Below are positions 50,601 through 62,900 of a stretch of 64,000 bases of DNA, one piece after another. The stretch's first letter is position 1; each line of letters begins with the position of its first letter. The translations under genes were made by a program, and so were the position numbers. This stretch comes from Callorhinchus milii (lineage: Eukaryota): positions 7,440,001 through 7,504,000 of the forward strand of contig NW_024704762.1 of NCBI RefSeq assembly GCF_018977255.1, in the 5' to 3' direction. The notes under the pieces were generated by a model. The model saw nothing but the letters and a program-made list of their open reading frames with translations. It was not told the DNA's origin and searched no databases.

Positions 50601-53569
50601 AGGTGGATTTATTTTAAATGCCTCATTTAATTTATTTCCTCGCCTCCACCCTGTCACGCTGGTTTGCCTTTCAGGTCTACATGCAATTGAGGCCTCACTG
50701 CAGGACCTTCCTGGAGAGCTTATCCCAGATCTACGAGGTAAGGAGCGGAAAGTCACCCCTTTTCTTATGTTGGATATGACACACCAGCCTCATCTCAATA
50801 GGTGACACCTGAGAATTGAGCTGAAGCTTTTTGTCTTGGTCTCTGATCCAGTATCTAATAGAGTCAGCATGTTGCCACCTGTCCAAAGTCTCGGACAAGG
50901 GACTCACTTGCCCACTTTGTTTTCCCGTCAGATCATCGTGTTCACTTCCGCCACGAAGGATTACACGGACAAATTGGTGGATATCCTTGACCCAAACAGG
51001 CGGCTGATCAGGCAAGTATTGATACCGGTGCGAAAGCTCCACCCTCGAAACACAGGAGGTGCCTGCTGTTTGAAAAGAGAAGCAATTTCCAACCCCCTAA
51101 CCGCCCACCCCACTGGTGTCTTGCGTGGCTTTTTCACTGAACTGTTAAGATCACAGTTGGTTGCACCGTATAGAAGAGGGAGTGAAATGTAGAAGTGGTT
51201 GATTGATCTGGTTGATCGATCAGTTGGCTGCCGCATTACGCCCACAAAATGCACCGCCACCACACTTTACAATATAGTCTGTGAAACGCCTCGAGAACGT
51301 CTCAACGACATGATAAGGCCCTACGACAAATGCGAGAATTATGATTATAATTATTATTATCTAATATAATGTCTCTAATATCACATTTCTCCCCTCCCCC
51401 CCCACATACATACACACCGGCTGCAGACACTGTCTCTTCAGGAAACACTGCCGATGCGTGCAAGGAAGCTATGTCCGGGAGCTGAGTGTCCTCGGGAGAG
51501 ACTTAGCAAAGACTGTGGTTGTGGACAGTTCCCATGAGGCTTACGCATTTCAGGTACAATGAGAGGTGCTTTGTAATTGTGATATCCACTGTGGTCAAAT
51601 ACCGTCAACACTCACTGTCTGGGCTCACACAGAAAGTGCCCACTTTTGGTTAGATACCAAAGGTAACCCCTATGACCGTCTCCAACACCGTCAGGAGAGG
51701 AAAGGGTTAGAGAAGATTGTCACCCACTAACCCTTCCTAAGCCTACAGCCTCTCTTCCTAGATCACAAACGGAATTCAAGTCAAGAGCTGGTTTGAGGAT
51801 CGCAGAGACCAGGAGCTCCTTAAGCTGCTGCCTTTCCTGCGTCTGTTGACTGAATTGGTGAGTCCTTGACTTGACTGTGTCTCAGAGAACGAGGTTCCCA
51901 GGAGGGGGGATTAAGGAAGAGTAACTCTTCCTTATGTTCTTGGTGGGAGGGAGGGAACAAATGATTTTGTTTATTTACATCATTTACAGGCCCATTGCCT
52001 AAGGGGAAGTTCCCACCCCCCTCCAAACCACCCCTTTTTTTTGCTAAGCATACTGTTATATAATAATAATCCTTGCATTTGATACAGAGCTTTATCGTGT
52101 CGTCGAGATGTCTCAAAGCGCTTCACAGGATATACTGTAAAGTGGAGTGACTGTGTATTTTGTGGGTGAAACGCGGCAGTCAGTTGCACACAGCAGCGTC
52201 CCACAAACAGCCATGGAGAGTGAGTGACTGATTTATTTGGGGAGAAGATATTGGCCACAACACTGGGAGAAATTACCTTCCCTTTTTAAATGTGCCCCAA
52301 AACTCTGGGACACTCTCCCTCAATCTCTCCGCCTTCCACCCCTCTCTCCCCTCTTTTAAGTCCCTCCTGAAGACTTTACTGTTCGTCCGTGCTTACGACC
52401 ACCTCCCCTCTCCCCGGCTCGGAATCAGATTCCGCCACTGTTAAGCGCTCTGAGATGCTACCCTGCGTGGAGGGTGGGGGGCTATTTAAGTGTAAGTTGT
52501 TGTTGTTGTGCCATGGGATCTTTAATGTCCACCTGAACAAGCAGACGGGGACCTCGGTTTAATGTCTCACCTCATATATTGCCTGTGATACATAACTTCC
52601 TGGTTCATTTAGTTCTGTGGGGGGCGGTGGGGTCAAAATTAGCTCAGAGGAGGGGGTTGCTGGGGGGAACTCTTCTAAAACCTAAGGGGGGATGATTCCC
52701 AATTGAAGGCATGAGATGTCTCGGAGTTCAGTAACTTATCTCGTGCCTTCAATTTCTAAATAGCGCAAGTTCTCCCGTTTCTTGGCCTCTAGAGTGTCCT
52801 TGGGCCAAGTCTCAGGGTTAGGATTCCCACCACCCCATGTCCTCTGTTATCATTGGCGAGGAGCTCCGCTTCGAAACCTGACACGGTCCTCATATAACTT
52901 GCTCCAGGTTCAGCTGTTTAAACTCCACCTGAACCCCAAAATAAACCACTTCCCGAAGAGTTCAGATGTCAATGATCAGTGAGTCCTCAATCCTGTGAGG
53001 TCCCTGTGAGGTAGCGTAATGGTTAGAGCACTCGCATCGCAAGCAGGAGGCCCCGGGTTCGATTCCCGGACAGGGCTGGGCGAAACCTACGGCAAGTTTC
53101 CTTACACACACACACACACTCCTCTACTGACAGTAAGCAGGAACCCGGTTGCTGGTCGATTAGTGGATCACTCTCTGAGGATGATTATCCTTCCAAAAAA
53201 GAAACAAAAAGTGGTCACTCAATCCACGACTGTTTGTGGGACACCGCTGTGCCCAATTGGCTGCTGCATTTCGCCCACAAATACACAGTCAATCCACTTT
53301 ACAGTATAATCTGTGAAAACACTTTGAGACGTTTCGACGACATAAAGCGCTATATCAAATGCGAGGATTATCATTATTATTTGAATGTTAGTGAATTGGG
53401 ATTGCGATCTCCTCCCCCACCTTTCCCCCCGCGCTCTCTTCCCCCCTACCCCACCCACTTTCCCCCACCCCCTCTTTTCCCCCCTTTTCCTTGTATTCAA
53501 TTAATAAACTCTTCCTAATCTCCACAGAGTGACGTCCGGCCTGCGATCAACCAGAGCCAACGGCTCTAG
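47666..53569 (+). CDS. CTD small phosphatase-like 2 paralogue (FCP/SCP HAD domain) with degenerate active site, about 357 aa; exons 47666-47893, 48448-48568, 48871-48985, 49226-49340, 49704-49790, 50675-50737, 50932-51011, 51427-51553, 51762-51857, 53528-53569
   Basis: C-terminal exons translate [27 protein letters not shown]...[127 protein letters not shown].../[13 protein letters not shown], collinear with CTDSPL2. The three N-terminal exons rest only on splice sites and phase, so they are less certain. Confidence 0.88.
50168..50380 (-). mobile_element. Young SINE copy, 5'-truncated
   Basis: Near-identical to 29575-29783. Confidence 0.88.
52999..53381 (+). mobile_element. Full-length SINE, long subfamily
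   Basis: tRNA head with GGTTAGAGCA and GGTTCGATTCC, internal segment, standard tail. Confidence 0.85.
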
Positions 53570-53719
53570 GGAGCTTTTCCCAGGACTGAGAACCTGTCAG
53601 CTCGAGATTAGCTCCGGTTCCATTTCAGCCCCCCGGCCTCCGGTCCCTACAGTTGATGTCTCGTTCCTTTCTGTCTCGCAGCTAATTTGTTCTAAGTTGA
53701 TGCCTGTTCCCTGAGAAAC

Positions 53720-53725
53720 AATAAA
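53720..53725 (+). terminator. Polyadenylation signal of the CTDSPL2-like gene
   Basis: AATAAA 150 nt after the stop codon. Confidence 0.55.
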
Positions 53726-55304
53726 GATTTATTATTTTAATACTTTGACCGATGCCCGGCGTGCAGTTTTCATGTAGTGTATATGTAATTACATATAATT
53801 TAATGTGATGTGTCTTGTCACGCCTTCGAGACATCTCAAAGCGCTTCACAGAATGTACTGTAGAGTGAATTGTCATTTTGCAGGCGAAACCGTGTAATGT
53901 GCTGTTATTGTTAATTTAGGACATTCACAGCTCCCTCCCCCCCACCCCACCCACCCACCCACCAGCCCCCAGCCTCCGGCACGCATTCTAGGGCGGGGAG
54001 CAAGTGTGACATGTTACGTCGGGCATTTTATGCTGTGATCAATTAGGTCTTGTACTGTTTAATACCAGCCTGCGGAGAGAGAGCGAGAGAGAGATGGGGG
54101 GTGGGGGGGGGGGGGGGGAGAGAGCTGTGCGGAAAGAGAGGTGGGTGGTGAGAGCTACTCACAGTTGAATGAACCAAACGGATGACGAGATCCACAACCC
54201 TTGACAGCCCATAATATACGGGCTGGGGAATGGTGCAGTGGAGGCGCTATTTATTTGTGTGTGTGTGAGAGAGGAGAGAGGGAGAGAGAGAGGGCTGAAC
54301 CTTTGTAAGATGCCCTTGTCCTCTCTCTCTCTCTGTGTGTGTGTGCGTGTCACACACATTACACAGTGCGACAAAAGATCCGGCCACATATTAACGCTGC
54401 TAATAAAAGAGGTGACGATCAGGGAGGAGGGGAGGGAGGGAGTGGAGGGGGGGGAGAATGCAGAACGTGCGTAATTATTTATATTAGGGGGGAGATTAGC
54501 GAGTGACAGGCGAACCAAGAGCTGCAGAGACACAGAGAGAGAGAGAGAGAGAGAGAGTGTTGATTTGCGCTGTATTTGTCTCTCTGACTGTGTCGCACTG
54601 TGGGAGGTTCCTGTGCGACGGGAAACGTGATCTAACTTTAAGATCAGCTCGTGCTTTGGGGTGGTGGGGGGGGGGGAACAACAACGACGACAAGGTTACC
54701 TTTGTACAGCGCCGGGAGGACGTCCCAAGGCGCTGAAACTCAACGACAGAACAGCCTGGTCCTGTCGCTTTTCCTTTAACACGATCCCCTCCTTCTCTCC
54801 CCTTCCTCCCTCCTTCCTTCCTTCCTTCCTTCCTTGCTCCCCTCTCTCTCGCTCTCTCTCTCTCGCTGTTCCGACCTCTTGTGAACAATCTCGAACCGTG
54901 AGGTTTTGGAGGCTGTAAAGGAAGGGGATGATTGGGGGGGGGGGGGGGGGAAGGAGAGGGGGGGGGGGGGGGAGGAAAAAAAACTTGACAACCTTTTTGC
55001 GCCACCAACCGGAGATGGAGAGAGGAGAGAGAGAGAAAAAAAACCTTTTCAGCTGAAATTGACATGAAAATGGACAAGTGGTGAATACACATCAACCTTT
55101 CTCTCTCTCTCTATTCCCTTTGAGGACAGTGAGACACAGTGTTTTTTTTTTTTGGGGGGGGGGGGGGTACCCCAGGACACAACTTACTTAACCATTTAAA
55201 TCATCTCTTTTTTTCTGAATGAACTGGGGGGGGAATTAAAGGAGGAGGGAGGAGGGATTTGAGATCAATCCAGGGTTTTGAATCTGCTAAAGCTTTATCC
55301 ATTG

Positions 55305-55863
55305 CACTCCCCCCCACACACACCCCCTCCACTCCTCCTCCCCCCCCACACACACACCCCCCCCCCCCCCCCACACACACACCCTCCCCCCCACACACAC
55401 CCCCTCCACTCCTCCTCCCCCCCCCCCCACACCCCCCCCCCCCACACACACACACACCCTCCCCCCCCACACACACCCCCTCCACTCCTCCTCCCCCCCC
55501 CACACACCCCCCCCCCCCCCACACACACACACACCCTCCCCCCCCACACACACCCCTCCACTCCTCCTCCCCCCCCCACACACCCCCCCCCCCCCCCCAC
55601 ACACACACACCCTCCCTCCCCCACACACACCCCCTCCACTCCTCCTCCCCCCCCCCACACACACCCCCTCCACTCCCCCCCCCCACACACACACACCCCC
55701 CCCACACCCCTCCCCCCCACACACACCCCCTCCCCTCCTCCCCCCACACACACCCCCCTCCCCTCCCCCCCCCCCCACCCCCTCCCTCCCCCACACACAC
55801 ACACCCTCCCTCCCCCTCCACCCCTCCCCCCCCCCCCCCCACACACCCCTCCTCCCCCCCCAC
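55305..55863. repeat. C-rich compound minisatellite (C runs, CA runs, CTCCACTCCTCCT) upstream of CERS1
   Basis: Directly visible; it accounts for the Pro/His/Thr-rich and Gly-rich ORFs. Confidence 0.95.
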
Positions 55864-56958
55864 GTGTCGGGCGGTGATTAGGAATCTTAAAACCTACGAA
55901 GGTCTAAAGGTCTTCTCTGTGATCATCAGCGGCGACAGAGAGAGAGAGAGAGATTGTGTCTAATAATAGGGGGAGTGTGTGTGTGTGTGTGAGGTGTGAG
56001 GGTGAGGTGTGAGGGGTTTGGGGGGTGTGAGGGGTTTGAGGGGGGAACAAAAAATAAGGGGATCGATCAGATCAGACGGTCGGTGTCGGTGTCGGGACAC
56101 AGACGGTTTGTTACGCGGTGCCTTTTCCTCCCGCGTTTCGTCGCCGTTTTCTCTCCTCCTCTCTCCTTCTTTTTCTTTTCTCTTTCGCTTTCCTTTTCTT
56201 CAATCCCTCTCTCTCTCTCTCTCTTTCTTTTCTTTTCACTTCTTCTTCTCCTCTTATTCGTATTTACGCGACTTTTTATTTATTTTGCGTCGAAATTCGA
56301 GACACCGCGTCGGAGAGAGGAGAGATTTTAAAAATATTTTTTAAAAAACAGTGTTATTGTATTTATTACGAAATAATGATGTAAAAATCTCTTCATATCA
56401 TCTCTCTCTCTCCCCTCTCCCCCCCAAAAAAATAATATATACCCCCCCCCCCCCCCCCCGGGAGGAGGGGGTGTGAGGGGCTGTTTGTTACCCCATCGGA
56501 CAGAGCTTTATTGCTCAATCGCAGCGAAATACCTCATCGTCTGCGTCTCTCTCTCTCTGTGTCTCTCTCTCTCTCTCTCTCTGTATATATATATATATAC
56601 ACAAAAAAAAGAGTTAATTTCCGGGTCTCTCTTTATTTCCGTATCCTTTCTTCTGATTTTTTTTCTCTCTCTCTCTCTCTCTCTTCTGATCGGCGCTCTC
56701 GAACCACACTCTCACGGCGACGAGAGAGAGAGAGGGAAAAAAAATAATTTGAGGGGGTGAGAGAGGGGGTGAGGGGAGAGGGTGAGGGAGGGGGAGAGAG
56801 GGTGGTGGTGGGGTTCTCCCTTGTATTAAGGCACCCATTTTTTTTTGGGTGGGGGGGGAGAAGAAGGGGGTGAGGGGGGGGGTTGGGTTGGGGGGTTGGT
56901 TGGGGGGTGGAGTGGGGGGGGTGTGTGTGTGTGTAAAGGGGGTGTTTCGTGGCTGTGA

Positions 56959-59900
56959 ATGGCGATCAGGGATCCGGGGCAGGAGGAAGATGCCAAGAGG
57001 CTGGTGATGATGATGATGATGGTGAAGGAGGGGGTACAGCAGCAGCAGCAGCAGCAGCAGCAACAGGGGGTGGTGGGGGTGGGGTTGGGGGGTGTCCAGG
57101 GGGGTGTCGAGGAGATGCCCGGCTACGCCGAGATGCTGGCCAAGAGCTTGGGCTCGCTGACCGCGGCGTGCGTGGAGTGCCGGGGCTGCGGCTTCGACCT
57201 GACCCGCCGGACCTTCGTCCAGCACTGCTGCCTGTCCGCCACCGACGCCCTCCTCTTCGTGCTCTGCGCCGTGACTTGGACTTTACTCCGCAAAGCCACC
57301 ACCAGCTGCTTCTTCCAGGTCGGTTTTGTGGCTTCTTTTCCCCCTTTCCACCCCACCCCCCCCCCCCCACCCCACACACTACCACCCACCCCCACCACCG
57401 CCGCCCCCACCCACACCCCCACCACCCGGCGTCTTTTTTTTAAATGAATAATTCGTTAATTATTAACAACAATAATAATCCTTGCATTTTGGATCCCCAC
57501 CCACTCCCCCTATTGGGTCTTCGAGACGTCTCAAAAGCCCGCAGCGGGTGAAGCGTTAAGCTTCGGGGTAGGGTTTTTTTTTTGCGGGGGCCGGGGGGGG
57601 GGGTTTCAGGGTTTTTTTGGGGGTGTTTGCGGCGGCAGGGGGAGTAGGGGGTGGGCAGGGGAAATCGAATAAAATTCAATCTTCTCATTTTTATTTATTT
57701 TTGGACATTCAGTTGTTTCCGCTCCGGGAGGGAGGGAGAGAGAGAGAGAGAGAGAGAGACCGCATTCCATTCCGGCAATCTTATCTGCAGGATTTCCATG
57801 TGTCGGTGGGATGCGCGGGATTCTCGGTTTGGTTTGGAGACTCTCAAAAGAACGGTGATGGGTTTCCGTGTGTGTCAGACATGCTGCCCGACCTAAAAAA
57901 AAATATGTGTATATGTATGTATATATATATATATATATATAGTATCGTCGATCAGCAGAGAGAAAGAGAAAGAGAAACGTACACAAAGTCACGTCTCAAA
58001 TCCCCAAACCTCCCCCCAACGCTGTCAGTCTGTGAAATGTTAAAAGCCGTTGTTTATCGTATTTACTCTTAATCATTTTATATATATATATATATATGTG
58101 TGATGTTGCATCATGCCTAACCTGTGAAAATATGATGAATAATGCGTAGCCCTAAACTGCTGTTGCTGCTTGCTTGCCTCCCGCTGGGAGATGCCTCCTG
58201 TGCCCTTGGGTGCTTTGCCCGAGATGCGGTGGTTTCTGCTGTTGTGCCCTGATGGTTAGTGTCAGTGACCGCAGATGTCCACCTACGTGCGCTTCCCCTG
58301 GCTGGAGATCAGCAGCCGGGACCGGTTGGTGTGGGCAGCAAGAGTGGGAGGGACAGCCTCAACACAGACATAACGGGAAGGGAGCAGGGAATTGGGATTA
58401 GGGTAGGAATAATAATAATAATCCCTGCATTTGATAACAGCGCCTTATCACATCATCGAGACGTCTCAAAGCACTTCACTGCATATGCTCTGAAGTGGAT
58501 TGACTGTGTATTTTGTGGGTCAAACGCGGCAGCCAGTGTCCCACACACAGCCATGGATTAAGTGACTAATTTTATTTGGGGGCAATGTTGGCCAGGACAC
58601 CGGGAAGAGGAACTCCCTTCTCTTTTTGAACAGCGCCATGGGATCTTTAACTGTCCACGTGAACAGACAGATGGGACCTCGGGTTCAACGTATTATCCGA
58701 AGGGCTGGTGCTGCAGCGGGGGAAAGCGACTATCAGTACTTTTGTGTTGCAAACCATACCGGGAGATCAACAAAATCAATGTCCAGTTACCTTTTGACTG
58801 CATCGGTTTTGTTAATCATTAACACATAACAGGAGAACTTTGTTATCCTGCTCAGTGGTGGTGGGAGGCGGAGGGGTGGGGGGGGAGTTGGGACATGCAG
58901 AGCGGGCCAAGTGGGTTCATTCTCACTTGACAATGTTCTAATGCAGAATCATTTAGATATGTACTGTATAATTTAGTTAATTTTCCCATATTAAAAAAGA
59001 AACACAGATAATGTTGACCTTGGTACATCTCTGCCATAAATACCCGCTTGTTTCGTTTAAAAATGACAAGAGCCAAGTCTGATTTGTGGGAAGAGTCGGT
59101 TGGGAATTCAAACCGGCCATCAGCTCCCCAGATATGCCATTCTACCCCCTCCCCCATCGACACGCTGAGGAATAATGGCCCTCTTCACCATTTGTTACAT
59201 TCCCCACATATTTATTGTGACATTTCACAACTGCATTCGTTTTCCGACAAGACAAAAAAAACGTTTAGCTTTTTGCAAATCCTATATTCATCACTGAAAG
59301 ACTGGATTAACCTTTACTTAATTCTCTTTTTATGATAATATAATAATAATGATCCTTGTATTTGATATAACAGCTTATCGCATTGTGTTGAGACACCTCA
59401 AAGTGCTTCACAGGATATACTGTAAAGTGAATTGACTGCGATCCATTTCTCACGCTCTCAAAATTCCTTGAGGACGAGAGAAAATGAACGGCTCCCATTC
59501 AGGTTGTTCCGATCATCCTGGGAAACAGGTTTGGACGAAACACCCAAATGTTTACAAGACTTCTTGTGCTTTGGCAACAGTTTTCATTCACGTGGTGCTG
59601 AAACTCACACACGTTTGTTAACTTTAGAGATCACAGAGGTATTGAACTTTAGAGGTATTCTAACTTAGTCTCCTCACCAGAAGTTGCTGACTGGTGCTGG
59701 CGACCACTTGAGACCTCAATCGAGTGGCTATTGGAGGTTGAGGGCAAACACTAGACAGAGGCATATTGTGCACGTGACGTGAGAGCTCAGAATGGGTCAG
59801 TGTAGAGGAAGCTTTGCTCTGCATCTACCCCATTCTGTACTTGACCTGAGGAATTCTTGTTGTTGCAACTTGCTTTACAGATAAACTTCTAGTAATAACA

Positions 59901-62900
59901 AAAAACAACAAATTACATTTGTATTGTGTCTTTCACATAGGGAGGACGTCCCAAGGCGCTGGACAGTCAGGGATTTGGACCCCGAGCTGGGGGTTGGGAT
60001 TAGGAGAGGGGTGGAGAGTTGGGAGGATAGGGTAGGAGACTGACCAAAGGCTCATTCGAAGAGGAGGGTCTTGAGACAGGCCTTGAAGGAGGCACGGGAG
60101 GGGGCAAGGTGAAGTGGCTGGGAACTGGTTCCAAAGGCGATAATAATAGTAACAATAATCTTTAGGTTGGTAATAATGCCTTATCACCCCGTTGCAATGT
60201 CTCAAAACTCTTCACAAGATGTTACTTATTTTGAGATGTGATTGGCAATTTGTGGCTTTTTTCCCAGGAATCGCAGCCCAGTACGGAGAGCGCTCCTTCT
60301 CCCCGCCGGCCATCCCTTCTGTTAGTTTCCTGGGATCCACGCAGGAGGTCTGTGTCTTACGGTCCAGGTGCTGAGCTTATTCTTTGTCTCTTTCAGCCAC
60401 TGGGCCGGTGGTGTCGCCTCCATCCCAGAGATGCAGCTAAGATGCCAGAGAGCGCCTGGAAGCTGTTGTTCTACACCGGGTCCTGGTCCTACAGCACCTA
60501 TCTCCTCTTCTGCACCCACTATCCTTTCTTCCACCACCCGCCCTCCGTCTTTCATGGTGAGCAACGCAGTTTGAGCCACATTTGCTGTGTATTTAATACA
60601 GCACCTCTCGCATAAGGATGCACAAAGGGCCCTCAACAGAGGTTATGAGGAGCTCTTAATCCTACAGCGCCTTAATCACGACTTCGAGACGTCTCAAAGC
60701 GATTCACACAGTACACTGACTGCAGAGTGAATTGACTGTATATTTTGTGGGCGAAATGCGGCTGCCAATCGCCACACGGCAGCGTGCCATGAACGGTCAT
60801 GGACGTTGGCGAACAAAAGGGTTAAGAGATGTTAATCAGAAGGGTTTGAAAGCAGGGGGAGACGGTTCAAAGTGAAGAGAGAGTTCAGGAGAGAAGTGGA
60901 GCGGTGGGTGGGGGTGGGGGGAGAATATACCTGTCGCCCCTCACGCGGGGTAGCATCCCAGAGCGCTTGATGGTGGCGGAGCATGGCGCTGGGCCAGTCA
61001 GAGAGGTAGGGATGTGCCAGGGTGTGAAGGGATTTGAAGACGAGTGTGAGGAGGTTGAAATTGATGTAGCTTGAGGATGGAATTCGGGAGCGCTGGGTTT
61101 GCGAGGCTCAACATTGTACCTAGAGGTGCATTGCTCGTGTCCTCTTATCGCCGCAGATTGGAAGTCGGGGATGGAAGTTCCGAGAGATATCGCCATCGCG
61201 TATCTCATCCAGGCCAGCTTCTACGGTCACGCTATCTATGCCGCCTTCTACATGGACACCTGGAGGAAAGACTCTATCGTGATGTTAGTCCATCACATTA
61301 TAACTCTGGTCCTCATCTCCTTCTCCTACGCCTTCAGGTGAGAGAGAGAGAGAATCTTGTACCAGCCATTTGCTGAAGCGCTCTGGGACGCTACCCTGTG
61401 TGAGTGTGGGTGGGGGTGCGGGGGTCTATGTAAATGCAAGTTGTTGTTGTTGCTGCTGTGGATTGTCGCTACAATCTAAAACGTTGGTCCCCAAAAAACG
61501 GGAAGAATGATGGGTCATTGGGCCCGTCAAGGTCGCACCTCACGCCAAGTCCATTCTACTCATTAACCTCTCTCTGTGTATGTCTCTCTGGCTTTCTCCG
61601 ACACCTCTTACTTCCTTTTGCCTGTTTTATTCCCCAACCCTCCCCCCCCTCTCCCTTCCGCTCTCTCAGGTATCACAACATTGGAATCCTGGTGCTTTTC
61701 TTGCACGACATCAACGATATTCAGCTGGAATTCACCAAACTCAACGTTTACTTCAAAAACCGAGGTGGTGTGTACCACAGACTGAATGACGTGGTATCCA
61801 ACATTGGCTGTGGCTCCTTTGCCGTGAGCTGGTAAGAAACTCCCCATTGTTAAGAGCTTCGGGATTGAGGGAATCACAGCAGATCCCATTAGCTGATCAT
61901 AGGGTCCTGTAGTATATTGGTTAGAGCACTCACCTTGCAAGTGAGAGGACCCGGGTTTGATTTCCGGGCAGGGCAAACCTCAGGCAAGTTTCCTTGGCTG
62001 CCCACAAAATATACAGTCAATTCACTACGGTATATTCTGTGAAGCGCTTTGAGACGTCTCAACAACGTGATAAAGCGCTATATCAAATGCAAGTACTATT
62101 ATTATTATGTCAATGACCTGAAGCCCTTAATCACTATTAAGCATAACAGAGACTGTGTGAGTCTCCTTCCTTTCTCTCTGTCTTACTCTCTGTTTCTCTT
62201 AGGTTCTGGTTCCGACTTTATTGGTTTCCCCTCAAGGTGTTGTACGCGTCCTGTCACTCCAGTCTGCAGTCTGTTCCCAATATTCCTTTCTACTTTTTCT
62301 TCAACATTCTCCTGCTTACCCTGACTCTGATGAATATCTATTGGTTTCTGGTGAGTAATTTGGACTCGGTCTATCTGCTTCTCCCCTTCTGTTCTGTCTC
62401 ATGTCATCACACTGTGCTCTCTTCCCTGGCTTTTTGTGGCAGAGATGTGCTTTGCAGTCAACAAAGGTTTGTGTGTTCACATACGTGTGAGTGTATGTGT
62501 TCGTGTGCGTGCGTGTGTGTTCACGTGCGCGTGTGTGTGTTCACGTGTGTATGTTCACGTGTGTGTGTGTTCGGGCGGGAGGGGGCGTACCTGATTCCCA
62601 CTTATGTCCAACCACAGAGCCTGGCTCTGTTGGACGTTTCTCTGTCTGCTCATAGATAAGGAAGTTGGGAGGGAGCCAGGGCCCTGTTCAGAGTTTATCT
62701 CGACAACTTACTGGGGAGAACAAGTCGTCCATTTGTACGACTGGGGATTGCTTATTGAGGAATTGGTGAAGAAATACAACAAACTCAGACCAACCCCAGC
62801 GCTCTAAAGCTTTTGCCTTCACTCCCAATGTCTTTTGCAAAACGTTTCAGTGTCTGCAAAATGCATGTGGTTCAGTTTATCCAAATACTTGGCTCAAACT

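Noticed and set aside
55201-55963. Long Pro/His/Thr-rich and Gly/Val/Cys-rich ORFs (180-230 aa) on both strands
   Set aside because: They result from a stop-free C-rich minisatellite; no splice or homology support.
56486-56508. REST/NRSE site upstream of CERS1
   Set aside because: Only the right half-site (GGACAGAGC) matches; the left half TTCAGCACC is absent.
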